DNA of 62,573 bases. Source: a virus (taxonomy: Duplodnaviria > Caudoviricetes). Under the pieces are notes generated by a model that saw nothing but the letters and a program-made list of their open reading frames with translations, was not told the origin of the DNA and searched no databases. Of the stretch, positions 10,171 through 19,362 are shown piece by piece. The DNA lies in IMG/VR virus record IMGVR_UViG_3300049139_000046, positions 1 to 62,573 of that record. One strand, given 5' to 3'. The translations under genes were made by a program, and so were the position numbers. Within the stretch, counting starts at the first letter, position 1. Each line of letters opens with the position of its first letter.

Positions 10171-10647
10171 TTACACCATCTGATTCTGGAGATCAGCCAG
10201 CCACGCCTTGCCCTTTTCCGTGTCTTTCAGGACCGTGAAGGCATGAGCCGGTGTGGCAATGGCTCTTGGCCGCTCGCCCTGCATCATCTCCATCTCGTCC
10301 TGCTCGTAGTCGGTCGTCGTCGCCCGTTGCAGGGCTTCCACGAACTTTCTGGACACAGGCGTCGCGACACCCCGGAAGACGTGCTGCGGGACACCCGATA
10401 CATTCAGGGTCACCGGCACCGTCACCGGGATGCCCTTCTCGGGCGAGATCCGGATCACCACCTTCTCATGCATGAAGGCTTCCAGTTCCACCTTCTTTTT
10501 CCGGGTCACCACGTCGTTCGCCGTGACCATCTCGATCCCGACGTGCTCCATGAGTCCGTCTTCACCGATCTTCGGCTGCTGGGTCGGCAGGGTTTCAGGT
10601 GATTCCATCACGCGTGATTCCATCTTTCTCGGTCTTCCTCTTGGCAT
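10171..10647 (-). CDS. Head-module hypothetical protein
   Basis: 158 aa; LEAFMHEKVVIRI...RGVATPVSRKFVEAL resembles proteins found downstream of N4-type capsids. Confidence 0.6.
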   Translation of the reverse strand: MPRGRPRKMESRVMESPETLPTQQPKIGEDGLMEHVGIEMVTANDVVTRKKKVELEAFMHEKVVIRISPEKGIPVTVPVTLNVSGVPQHVFRGVATPVSRKFVEALQRATTTDYEQDEMEMMQGERPRAIATPAHAFTVLKDTEKGKAWLADLQNQMV

Positions 10648-10660
10648 CTCACTTCACCTT

Positions 10661-10689
10661 AAAAAACGGGGCGAGTCGAAACCCGCCCC
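10661..10689 (-). terminator. Intrinsic terminator after the capsid/decoration genes
   Basis: GGGGCGGG-TTTCGA-CTCGCCCC then GTTTTTT on the minus strand. Confidence 0.85.
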
Positions 10690-10707
10690 TCAAGGACTGC
10701 ACTGTGA

Positions 10708-11196
10708 TTACGCTGAGACGCAGCGTGCTGGCAGGAACACGCACGGCACGAACGTATAGGTGATCCCTGTCACGCCCGACATGTTGTTCGAGCCGAAGGT
10801 CCAGTTGCCTACCGCTGTCGCGCCACCCTGAACGACGATGTAGCCCACCGCGCAGGACTCAGCCGGCAACTCTGGGAACTCCAGCGCCGACTCACCCGAG
10901 GCGTAGGTGACCGCATTGCCGTCCTTGCCCTGGAACACCTGACGCTCGCCAGCGGCGTTGTAGGCCACCACGAAGACCGCTGCGCCACCGGCCGCGATCG
11001 GTCGGAAGGCTGCGCCCGTGTTTGGGTCTGTGGTCGGGGCTGCGCCGTTACTGGCCGCTGCGACCGAATAAGCCTTGCCTTGGATGCAGATGACAAGGGC
11101 CGCTGTGGTAATGGTGGTGGTGGTCCCAGCCGCAAGGCCGGAGTTCCCCATGCACAGGTTTGCGCTTCCCAGCGCGTTCGATGCTGCTTCGCTCAT
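10708..11196 (-). CDS. Putative capsid decoration protein
   Basis: 162 aa, A/G/T-rich, between the capsid gene and the terminator. Confidence 0.55.
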   Translation of the reverse strand: MSEAASNALGSANLCMGNSGLAAGTTTTITTAALVICIQGKAYSVAAASNGAAPTTDPNTGAAFRPIAAGGAAVFVVAYNAAGERQVFQGKDGNAVTYASGESALEFPELPAESCAVGYIVVQGGATAVGNWTFGSNNMSGVTGITYTFVPCVFLPARCVSA

Positions 11197-11205
11197 TTCC
11201 TTGTC

Positions 11206-11424
11206 CTATTCGGTGAGACCGCCCGAGTTCGTCGGGGTGGTCAGTGTGGCTTCGTAGTCGGTGTCCGTAACCGTCGCGTCGTCATCGAGCTTGCCGGCGA
11301 TCAACGCCAGGTCTGCCGCTGCCGAGTTGGACGTGTCCAGGGCTGCCATGAACAGGCGCCGAAGCGCCCTCACGGCAGGTGCTCCCAGACCGGATGCGTT
11401 GAGTTCTTGGTTGATGGAGGCCAT
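11206..11424 (-). CDS. Small capsid-associated protein
   Basis: GAGGAG RBS, MASINQELN..., 72 aa; KLDDDATVTDTDY motif. Confidence 0.6.
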   Translation of the reverse strand: MASINQELNASGLGAPAVRALRRLFMAALDTSNSAAADLALIAGKLDDDATVTDTDYEATLTTPTNSGGLTE

Positions 11425-11434
11425 CTCAATCTCC

Positions 11435-12472
11435 TCAAGCAGCCAGGTCAGAAACCGCGCATTCCAGACGGACCATCCAGTTCTCATTCAAGCGAACCAC
11501 GTCCATCCAGATCTTCGCTCCGACGAAGCCATACCGACCCAGCGGGGTTGCCGCCGACGGCCTGGCAGGAATCAGCACCGGGGTAATCGCTCGAGCACCC
11601 CTCAACGCCACCTGACCCCAGGCGTTTTCCGCCACGATGATCACCGGGTAGACGTCGATGTTCGTGTCGTCCTCGGCCTTCATGCCCGTGGAACCCACCG
11701 CGGCACCAGCACCCAGGAAGGGAACGAACAGCGGGGACAGCACGAACCGCACGTTCGGCACCGCGCCAACTTCACGCGCATGCACCGGGGTTCCCGAGGC
11801 GTACTCCTCAACTCCAATCCAGCCCGGCAAGTCCTCGAGGTCAGCCGACAAGTCGGTGTGACCGAAGGCGATGAACGCCGGCTTGATCGGGGACGTGCCG
11901 TAGTCCGGGCTCGCATCCAGCTTCTTCGTGACCATAAAGGCCCGAGCACTCTGGAGGGTCCGAACCGCTCGCCGGATCTGATTGATCTGGATCGGGGTGT
12001 CGATTCCGGCTCGAGTTGTGCCGTTGGCGTAGTCCACCACCGTTCCGCCCTTCAACTGACCGTAGCGGACCAGTTCGGTCACCTCGGTCAGGACTTCAGC
12101 CGTCATCGTCCGGGCATCACCCGGGATGTCGTCCGCGTACATCTCTGCGGCTTTGGAGCTGAACTTCTCGACGTAGCCATACTCCTTGAGCTGGCTGGTC
12201 ACGTCCGTGTAGGTGTGGCCGTGCGTCGGGGGGTTCACGCCTTCCGTGAGGCGGAAAGCCGCTGGATCGATGTCGGGGGTTCCGTTCGCCTTCTGGTTGA
12301 AGACATTCATGCGCCTCCAACTGATGGTGTCGGTCTTCCTCATGGGCTGCTCTTTCTGCAGGCCGAAGGAGCCCAGAACCTCGATCGAGGCTGCGTGCGC
12401 AAGCATTTCCTGCGCCGCATTGACGAGAACCCGCTGTGCGGTGGTCCCGTAGGTGGTCATCGTGACTGACAT
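11435..12472 (-). CDS. Major capsid protein, N4-gp56 family
   Basis: 345 aa; LTEGVNP, EVGAVPNVRFV, PLGRYGFVGAK...LNENWMVRLE motifs. Confidence 0.9.
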   Translation of the reverse strand: MSVTMTTYGTTAQRVLVNAAQEMLAHAASIEVLGSFGLQKEQPMRKTDTISWRRMNVFNQKANGTPDIDPAAFRLTEGVNPPTHGHTYTDVTSQLKEYGYVEKFSSKAAEMYADDIPGDARTMTAEVLTEVTELVRYGQLKGGTVVDYANGTTRAGIDTPIQINQIRRAVRTLQSARAFMVTKKLDASPDYGTSPIKPAFIAFGHTDLSADLEDLPGWIGVEEYASGTPVHAREVGAVPNVRFVLSPLFVPFLGAGAAVGSTGMKAEDDTNIDVYPVIIVAENAWGQVALRGARAITPVLIPARPSAATPLGRYGFVGAKIWMDVVRLNENWMVRLECAVSDLAA

Positions 12473-12481
12473 GATTCGTCC

Positions 12482-13459
12482 TTACGCAGCCCGTTTATTG
12501 GCCTGCTTGAGTTTCGACAACAAGGCCCAGTCTTCTTCCCAAGTCATGTTGGTCGTGTCGACCTGACCTCTGGAGGCTTGTGCCCCGGTGGGGATGACGG
12601 ACTGAGACAGCTTGGCTTGACGCTCGGCAGCGACCTGATCAGCGGACTTTCCGGTCGGCTTTTCGGCAGGCTTCGATCCAACGTACAGATTGAGCATCTG
12701 GATCGCGTCGTCCGGGTCTGGACTGGTATACAGGGCACGAATGCCAGGCGATTGCTTCGCCTTCCACGACTCGAACTCAGGGGTGGCGATCGTCTTGGTC
12801 CACTCGGGATGGACTGCTGCGACCGCCTGATACGCTTCGGACATCTGCCGTTCGGCCTGCTTGCTCTGCGTGAGCGTGCTCTGCACGACGGGGGCGATCT
12901 CGGACTGGAGCCCAGCCCTGATTCGTGCCTCGATGTCCTTGGCGATCTGATCGGCGTCGACTTTCGGCTGGGCGGCAATAGCGGCCTTCAGGCGATGCTC
13001 GAGCACCTTCTCAATGGCTTTGCCCCACTCGGGGTTCTCAGCCTTGATCTGTTCCCACTCATCCGGGTCTTTGGCCGCTGCAGCAATCTCTGCTTCGGTC
13101 AAGCCTTTAGGCGTGGGCGCTGCCGCGGCAATGGCTGCCTCGGCCTTGGTCTGGTTCAGTTGGGCAACGGCGCTGCTGATCTGCCTGACGTTGCCGACGG
13201 TCTCCTGGTGCGACTTCGCCAACTCAGCGATGGTCGACTGCACCAAGGACAGCGGATCGGGCTTCTCAGGCTCTTTGGGAGCGTCAGGCGGGGGAGGAGG
13301 GGGTTCAGCAGGCTTCTCAGTGGGTTCCGGCTGCTCTGCAGGCTTCTGCTCAGGATCGGCAGCAGACGCCTTCTCGGCAGATACCTTGGCCCACTCAGCC
13401 TCGAAGGCTTCGTCCGTCACCGACTCAAAGTCGGACCGCTCAGGACTGTTCTCGGTCAT
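12482..13459 (-). CDS. Scaffolding protein
   Basis: Acidic/Pro-rich N-terminus, coiled coils, HPEW...EFESWK motif; immediately upstream of the capsid gene. Confidence 0.75.
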   Translation of the reverse strand: MTENSPERSDFESVTDEAFEAEWAKVSAEKASAADPEQKPAEQPEPTEKPAEPPPPPPDAPKEPEKPDPLSLVQSTIAELAKSHQETVGNVRQISSAVAQLNQTKAEAAIAAAAPTPKGLTEAEIAAAAKDPDEWEQIKAENPEWGKAIEKVLEHRLKAAIAAQPKVDADQIAKDIEARIRAGLQSEIAPVVQSTLTQSKQAERQMSEAYQAVAAVHPEWTKTIATPEFESWKAKQSPGIRALYTSPDPDDAIQMLNLYVGSKPAEKPTGKSADQVAAERQAKLSQSVIPTGAQASRGQVDTTNMTWEEDWALLSKLKQANKRAA

Positions 13460-13622
13460 CCGTCGTCTTCTCCAAGTTCAGCAGAGATCGGAGAAGTTCT
13501 AGACGGACCCGCAACTTGGCGGTCGTCTTTTCATCCTGGTCGATGTAAAGGGCCGTCTCAGCACTTCTGACGCGCTGTTCAGCCCATTCCTTGACCCGAT
13601 CCCACGGAACGTTTGTTCCCAT
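13440..13622 (-). CDS. Small head-assembly protein, probably leaderless
   Basis: 60 aa (TAKLRVRLELLRSLL); ATG 6 nt after the -10-like box. Confidence 0.6.
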   Translation of the reverse strand: MGTNVPWDRVKEWAEQRVRSAETALYIDQDEKTTAKLRVRLELLRSLLNLEKTTDDREQS

Positions 13623-13628
13623 CGCCGA

Positions 13629-13660
13629 AGGATCGGGCGTAGACGGTAGGTTTTTTACAC
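13629..13660 (-). promoter_or_regulatory. Late-promoter motif upstream of the scaffold/capsid operon
   Basis: GTGTAAAAAACCTACC-N11-ATCCT; exact copies at 18986-19017 and 53708-53739. Confidence 0.8.
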
Positions 13661-13699
13661 TTGCGCTATCGGGCCGGCGGTTGGCGTGGGATAATTAGA

Positions 13700-14070
13700 A
13701 GGCAGGCTGGTTCAACTCCAGCTCGCTGGCCGAGATCGGGTGAAGGACAGGAGTCGATATCCTGACGGGCGAAAGCCTAAGCGAGTGGCGCACGGTTTGG
13801 TAATGCGCAGGCCTGGCCGCCGGGAAAGACCGGCACCATCACGCATGCGGATTGGTTAGAAGTGGATCTGTAACGGGTCGCGAGCCGAAGGAACCTTCCA
13901 CAGGGCGCTCGCCTAAGTCGCACGTAGCAGCCGACCAGTCCGCAGTCGTGATGGTGAGATGCGCCGGCTGAGGCGCTTGCAGTTGTTGCGTGGAAGGGTG
14001 ACACGCCTTGTACCCCCACATGAACGGGGGAGTCAGAGCCCAAGCCGAGATCAGCACGGCCACCATCAAC
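13700..14070 (+). ncRNA. Putative structured ncRNA cluster (T-loop hairpins, c4-like stem, tRNA-like element)
   Basis: No convincing ORF; extended -10 TGGGATAAT at 13687-13695; many hairpins with T-loop or GNRA loops. Confidence 0.65.
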
Positions 14071-14084
14071 CTTCAGGAGCGGCG

Positions 14085-14234
14085 ATGGTCCGGATCATCT
14101 ACGGCAGCGACGGATGGTGGAAGATGTACTGCAAGCGGCGTCTATGGGCCGAACTCGACACCCTGCATCCACTCAGATTTCTTCGACGGCTACGTGCTTT
14201 CCTGCGCTACCGCGTCCGTACCCGCTACTACTGA
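14085..14234 (+). CDS. 49-aa Arg-rich protein downstream of the ncRNA cluster
   Basis: AGGAG RBS; MVRIIYGSDGWWK...; converges on the portal stop. Confidence 0.5.
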   Translation: MVRIIYGSDGWWKMYCKRRLWAELDTLHPLRFLRRLRAFLRYRVRTRYY

Positions 14235-16528
14235 ACCGGCGCCTGGGGCCGACCCTTTGGCTTCCTGAACGGCCCATTCAGCTTCTGCTGCCCTGCCCTC
14301 ACGATTGACTGTCGCTGCTGGGCCTGGATGTCCATGACTTTGCCGGCCAACTGCGCCTTGATCTGGTTCACCTGCAGGTTCATCTTGTTGGCATGCTCCA
14401 GGATCATCAGCCGCTCCTGCAGCTCCATCTTGTAAATCTCGCGCTCGTCGTTCCTCTGCGCTTCTTCCATCCGCAGCGCCTGGTTCACCCGTTCCGACTC
14501 GCCCTCTACCCGTTCGCCCTCGATTGCAGCCATTGCACGGGCCTCTGCGACCTTCTGGTCGGACTCAGCCTTGATCCTGGCAGCCTCGATCCTCGGGTCT
14601 TGTGGCGGGGGCTGCTGGGCTTCCTTCCGAGCACGTTCGGCTTTCTCTTCTTCCGTGTAGCCGAGGTCAGGCATTGATGACATCTGGATCACCGCCTTAG
14701 CCAACTTCGCCTTGCTGACCTCTGCTGCGAACTCAGGGTCTTGCGTCATCGCAATGATGTTCGCAATGTCCTGCTTCTGCTGGTCCCTGATAACGAGATG
14801 AGTCGAGCCTCGAGCCCGGACCTGATAGTCCCCCTTGATCTCTTCGTTCGGGTTGAACTCCATGTTCCAGTCGTAGTACATCTGCAAGTGCGGCGTCGTG
14901 ATCTGATCGTCGAAGTTCCTGGCATACCGCTTCAGGACCGTATTGGCCGAGTTCATCAGGATCGTCGCCACGCCGACCTTGTCCGGAGCCGTTCCCCTGT
15001 CCCCTTGCATCAGCATCGGCATGGACGTTTCCTCGTCCGCCAGTCGGCTCGCCATCTCGAAGATGTTGGCTAGTTCCTGCTGGTTGCTGGTGATCTGGTG
15101 GACCTGGAATGAGTCCTTGGTCATGTTTGTGGCCCCGTCCGCCCGGGTGTACCACTCCTTCATCCCGCGGATCTTCCAGTCGCCATCCGCCGGTTCGATA
15201 ACGCTTCGGTCGACCACGATCTGCGGGCCGTGGCTGACCCCGGCGTTGTCCTGCATCTGCCGCCAGGCGCTGTTCATGGACTTTTGGGCGCTTCTCATCA
15301 AGTGCGGCACACCCAGCCCCCAGGGACTTCCCGAGACCCGCTCCCACTGAAAGAAACAGTACGGGATGGCTCCAGACGACTGGGGATTCAGGATCGCCTT
15401 GATCACCCGGTCGTTGCACATGACCACTACCGCCGACATCGTCGACAGCCGGATCTCATCGTCGATCGGAACTCCCAAGGCCTTCAGGTCGTCAACATCG
15501 GCCTCGCCCCAGTAGTGCCACAGGTCGTACTGGTTCTTGTTGAGCAGCCCCGAATCCAGATACCCAGAGCGGTTGTTGGTCAGCAACTCAGCCGGCCGGG
15601 TCGGCTCCTCTGCCAGGCAAGCCAGGATGGCATCCCGGTCGAATCCGTCGATGTCCACCAGAAGCTTCAGAGCCTGCTTCGATACCGGCTCCCGCTCCCA
15701 GAAGTACGAGCCCTTGCGCGGGTCTTCGCCACATCCGTCCGCCGGATAGGCGTTCCAGGGATCGACCCGGTTGGACGCTGGCCGCAGATCCTGCTTCGGG
15801 ACCGAGTCATAGTAGGACTTGCCCGACGGATCGTTCTTCCTGACCCACGACCGCTTGACCCGGTTGACGACGATCGGGCCTCTCAAGACCCCAGTCCCCA
15901 ACTGCGCGGCGTCGTCGATGATCTTCCTGCCCTCGGCGTGGTACAGGCATTCAACGAGCTGATCGTCGACCTCGGACTGCATCCTGAGACACTTGTCCCG
16001 GGCGATCTTCATCGTGTCCGTGACCATGTCCCCCACCGTCAGGGGTCTATCCTCGGTCGGATGCGGGAGTTCCTGGCCTGACTCGGGGTCCTTGTACCGC
16101 TCATTGGAATGGCTCTTGAGCGCATCCATGAGTTCAGGCACAGGTGTCGGCTCGAGCGCCCAGTTCCGGTCGTCGGTGGGGAACAGCATGTCCGCCATCC
16201 GGGCAGAGGCTGAGTTCGTCTTCTGCCGGGTCTTCTGAATGAAGACCGTCGAGCGAAACTTGGTCGTCTGGTTGTTGGCGGTCTGGACCGGGACGCCGCT
16301 CTCCAGGATGGTCGCTAGATCGGTCCTGACGCCCCCGTCCCGGCCGTTGTAGGCGTCCATGTCCTCCATCCAGCGGGACTCGACGCCAGAGCCTGCACGG
16401 GCCTTGATAGCCTCGGTGCGCTTCTTGATGAGTTGGAGTTTGAACTCCTCGATCCGCATCAGACGGTCGGCGGTCTCCCGGGATTCCTCGTCCACCTCGT
16501 CTGCGAACTTGTCCAGGATCTCGATCAT
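14228..16528 (-). CDS. Portal protein
   Basis: 766 aa; ARMADMLFPTDDRNW, LGTGVLRGP, WNMEFNPNEEIKGD motifs; follows the terminase. Confidence 0.9.
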   Translation of the reverse strand: MIEILDKFADEVDEESRETADRLMRIEEFKLQLIKKRTEAIKARAGSGVESRWMEDMDAYNGRDGGVRTDLATILESGVPVQTANNQTTKFRSTVFIQKTRQKTNSASARMADMLFPTDDRNWALEPTPVPELMDALKSHSNERYKDPESGQELPHPTEDRPLTVGDMVTDTMKIARDKCLRMQSEVDDQLVECLYHAEGRKIIDDAAQLGTGVLRGPIVVNRVKRSWVRKNDPSGKSYYDSVPKQDLRPASNRVDPWNAYPADGCGEDPRKGSYFWEREPVSKQALKLLVDIDGFDRDAILACLAEEPTRPAELLTNNRSGYLDSGLLNKNQYDLWHYWGEADVDDLKALGVPIDDEIRLSTMSAVVVMCNDRVIKAILNPQSSGAIPYCFFQWERVSGSPWGLGVPHLMRSAQKSMNSAWRQMQDNAGVSHGPQIVVDRSVIEPADGDWKIRGMKEWYTRADGATNMTKDSFQVHQITSNQQELANIFEMASRLADEETSMPMLMQGDRGTAPDKVGVATILMNSANTVLKRYARNFDDQITTPHLQMYYDWNMEFNPNEEIKGDYQVRARGSTHLVIRDQQKQDIANIIAMTQDPEFAAEVSKAKLAKAVIQMSSMPDLGYTEEEKAERARKEAQQPPPQDPRIEAARIKAESDQKVAEARAMAAIEGERVEGESERVNQALRMEEAQRNDEREIYKMELQERLMILEHANKMNLQVNQIKAQLAGKVMDIQAQQRQSIVRAGQQKLNGPFRKPKGRPQAPVQ

Positions 16529-17116
16529 TCGTGAGCCTTCGGAACACTAGGCTCTATAACGCAACAATCGTCCGAAGCGTCTAGCCAGATATCGTGGTGA
16601 TAGTCATCGTCGACAGCGAGCACTACTCGCCTGTCCCCACACTTTTCCCTGAATGACTCCAAATACCGGATGAACTGCGAGACGGTCATCTCCATCAGGC
16701 GATCTCTCCGCGGCGCTCTGGCTTGGTAGGCTTGGTCGCCTCCAGTTGGGTCGTGGACTGAGGATTCAGCACAGTACGCTGTGCAGTCTCAACACCCCAC
16801 CTCGGCATCTCCCCCCGATTGGCGCAGCAGGCATCGCACTGGCAGACCGGGTAGTCAGACTTGCGCTCGGTCTGGCGGATCAGGTCGTTGATCGTGCCCA
16901 TCGCTACCACGTCTCGTTGTCAAGAACCGCGTACTCAAATATCGGCTGGCCGCTCTCATCCGCTTGATCAGCGCTTACCCGCTTCGTGACATGAACATGA
17001 GCGTTCGGCACACGCTGACGGATGGCTGCAACCGCCTCGACAATCTCAGCGAACTCGTCTTCGGTCAGCGAAAACTTGGGCGACGTGTTCTCTTCAATCT
17101 GCCGCTTCTCTGTCAT
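16525..17116 (-). other. Three small ORFs between terminase and portal (16525-16695, 16695-16910, 16904-17116)
   Basis: Coupled or overlapping ORFs; the middle one has CQCDACC. Confidence 0.5.
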
Positions 17117-17117
17117 C

Positions 17118-18638
17118 TCAGTACCCCGTCTCGCTATCTAGCACGGCGTAGGGGACGAACATCGACATGTCCGCCTTGGGCTTGGTCAGCGCGTGCCTGA
17201 GCATCATCTGGGCGTACCTGGAGGCGCTCAGAAGGTCATCGCGCTCCTTCACCAGCTTGCCGTCCTTCCGGTGATACAGCCGGAACTCCTCGAACCACTC
17301 CGTTAAATGGCTCGCCACCTTGAACCGGCCCGTCTGCATCCGGTTCAGCATCTCCATCACCCCGGCTTCCACGCTATTCCCACCTCCTGAACCGTCAGGC
17401 TTGGCTGGGTGAGTCGCATGGACCTTGAGCATGTTCACGCCCCGTTCCCGGTACTGCTTGGCAAGGGCTTCGCCGGCAGCCGTATCGTTGTTGCCGTCGT
17501 GCGGCCAGGCCATCGGTATCCACGGGCCTCGAGACCTGGCAGCCTCGGCGTGGAAGACCGGCGACTCATGTCGTTGCCGGTAGGCGTCGTACAGGTGCAG
17601 GACGTCGTTATCGCGGTCCCAGGCCAGCCAGGCAATAGCCGTCGGGTGATCCCAGCCGAAGTCGATGCCGGCGATCCTGGGCCAGTGGGCAGGGATCTGG
17701 ATCGGACCTTCCGTGATCAGGCTTTCAGGAACCGGGAACACCCGGCCGGAACCCATGATCGGAATGCCCTTCGTCCTGGCTTCCCGCTCATGCTCCGGAT
17801 AGGAGGCGATGATGGCCGCCTTCTCCTCCTCCGTGTAGTGCTCAACATCGTCCAGGGTCATCGTGACCAAGGCCTTCTGGACGCTTCCGGAGGCTTGCAT
17901 GAAGCTCATCACGACGTCGGTGACGCCCTGAAGCGGGGTGAAGGTGGTGAAGACCGGCCTACGCCCGACGTTGGTCCGGGTAAGCAGCTCGGAGTAGATA
18001 TCAGGAGGGGGCTCCTCGTCGCACCAGCCCCAATCGATGGTGTCGCCCTGGAACTTTCGCCGCCCCTGGTCATAGGACTTGAAGAAGATCTGGCTGAATC
18101 CGCCTGAAACATGCCGGATCTTGCAGACCGAAATAGCATCCTTGACATTCGGGTAAGGAGAGATCTCTGCGATGCTCTCCCGCGGTATCGTCCCTGTTCC
18201 ACGCGCAGTAGCCCGGCCGAGCAAGAGCCGTTGGCCGGCATCCCGGCTGACTTCCATCGATTCAGAGGCCGCCCAGCCCACATTAGGCTTGGTGAACCGG
18301 TAGCCTTCCCACCAGTCTGGATAGGCTCCAGTGGTGTGGTAAGCGATCTCAGCGGCTGCAGCGAGGGATTTGCCTGACTGGTTGGCTGCCATGAGGAGCC
18401 GTTCCCGCACAGTTGCGCCCAGCCGGTGAAATTCAAGCTGTTTAGGGTACGGCCGGTAATCCCGGAGCTTCCTTCCCTCAGCACGACGGTCACGTTCTTC
18501 AAGCTGCCTGAGTAATTCGGCTACTTGCAGCTTGGCCGAGCGCGGTAGCGACGGAAGAACCGAGCGCAAGTATTCGGGCGTCAAGGGCGGCGTCTGAGAC
18601 GTCGACTGCTCCACTATGGTTAATGTCAATCTTGTCAC
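17118..18638 (-). CDS. terL: Terminase large subunit, P22-like (true start may be 20-80 nt downstream)
   Basis: Walker A AANQSGKS, Walker B WCDEEPP, nuclease GIDFGWDHP and DDLLSA. Confidence 0.95.
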   Translation of the reverse strand: MTRLTLTIVEQSTSQTPPLTPEYLRSVLPSLPRSAKLQVAELLRQLEERDRRAEGRKLRDYRPYPKQLEFHRLGATVRERLLMAANQSGKSLAAAAEIAYHTTGAYPDWWEGYRFTKPNVGWAASESMEVSRDAGQRLLLGRATARGTGTIPRESIAEISPYPNVKDAISVCKIRHVSGGFSQIFFKSYDQGRRKFQGDTIDWGWCDEEPPPDIYSELLTRTNVGRRPVFTTFTPLQGVTDVVMSFMQASGSVQKALVTMTLDDVEHYTEEEKAAIIASYPEHEREARTKGIPIMGSGRVFPVPESLITEGPIQIPAHWPRIAGIDFGWDHPTAIAWLAWDRDNDVLHLYDAYRQRHESPVFHAEAARSRGPWIPMAWPHDGNNDTAAGEALAKQYRERGVNMLKVHATHPAKPDGSGGGNSVEAGVMEMLNRMQTGRFKVASHLTEWFEEFRLYHRKDGKLVKERDDLLSASRYAQMMLRHALTKPKADMSMFVPYAVLDSETGY

Positions 18639-18978
18639 CGTATCGCTTGGGAGCCAGCTTTGCTGCCCGCCACTGGATGACGCCTACGGCTACCTTGGCT
18701 GCATTCGGATCAAGCGTCCTGTCGAGAACCTGCTCAACAATCTCCATCTGCCGCTCATCCATCAGATCCGCTTGCGCCTCGCGCGCGCATGCGTACTTGG
18801 CGACAAAATCTGGGTCTTGAGCCAACCACCGTTCGACAGTTCTGCGCTCAGGCATTCCGTCATCCCGACAGATTCGGCGCAGACTTTCGCCCTCAGCCAC
18901 CCGCTCGCAAATGGTGTTGGCAAGTTCTTCGGTGAAAAGGGATGGTCGCCCTACAGGGCGTTTGGGCTTGTCTGCCAT
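18499..18978 (-). CDS. terS: Terminase small subunit, Sf6 gp1-like
   Basis: GRPSLFTEELANTICERVAEGESLRRIC...KLAPKRYGDK. Confidence 0.9.
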   Translation of the reverse strand: MADKPKRPVGRPSLFTEELANTICERVAEGESLRRICRDDGMPERRTVERWLAQDPDFVAKYACAREAQADLMDERQMEIVEQVLDRTLDPNAAKVAVGVIQWRAAKLAPKRYGDKIDINHSGAVDVSDAALDARILALGSSVATALGQAASSRITQAA

Positions 18979-18985
18979 GAATGAC

Positions 18986-19017
18986 AGGATCAGCCGAGAA
19001 TGGTAGGTTTTTTACAC
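18986..19017 (-). promoter_or_regulatory. Late-promoter motif upstream of terS
   Basis: GTGTAAAAAACCTACC-N11-ATCCT, 7 nt before the ATG. Confidence 0.8.
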
Positions 19018-19018
19018 C

Positions 19019-19267
19019 TCAGGCCGCATAGAAGTCCCGGAGTACCAAGCCGGCCTTCCCGTCTGGCTTCAATTCCTGGCAGGAAGAAAGGGCTGGATCA
19101 AGCCACGCCTTTGGATACTCGCGAGCCTCATCTCCAGCATCGGCTTGTGCCATCACCCTGGCCTGCCGCGCTGTAGGGGCACGAATGACGAAACCGAAAG
19201 CCTTGTCGTACCACGGGTTCCATGGGCCTGTATTGGGGTCAACTGGTCTAAGCAGCCAGAGTTTCAT
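19019..19267 (-). CDS. Phage hypothetical protein
   Basis: 82 aa; WYDKAFGFVIRA motif; GGAG RBS. Confidence 0.7.
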   Translation of the reverse strand: MKLWLLRPVDPNTGPWNPWYDKAFGFVIRAPTARQARVMAQADAGDEAREYPKAWLDPALSSCQELKPDGKAGLVLRDFYAA

Positions 19268-19362
19268 CTTGTCTCCAGAGGTGCCCGGTGTACGGACCGG
19301 GCGGCACGGATTGATCGGCGGGTGGAGACACAGGGTGTATTGCCCGCCTCAATCTGCCGGTG

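Noticed and set aside
11261-13570. Long plus-strand ORFs opposite the capsid and scaffold genes (also 50762-52102 and others)
   Set aside because: Typical antisense shadows of GC-rich coding sequence with no protein motifs
13700-14070. CRISPR array, or self-splicing intron
   Set aside because: No repeat-spacer periodicity; flanking genes are intact and on the other strand; no group I/II core recognised
13777-14268. Track ORFs 13777-14043, 13839-14069 and 14008-14268 as proteins
   Set aside because: No RBS or recognisable motifs, and they coincide with strong RNA stems
18499-18638. TerS-TerL frameshift fusion
   Set aside because: The overlap is explained by alternative TerL starts; no slippery heptamer seen
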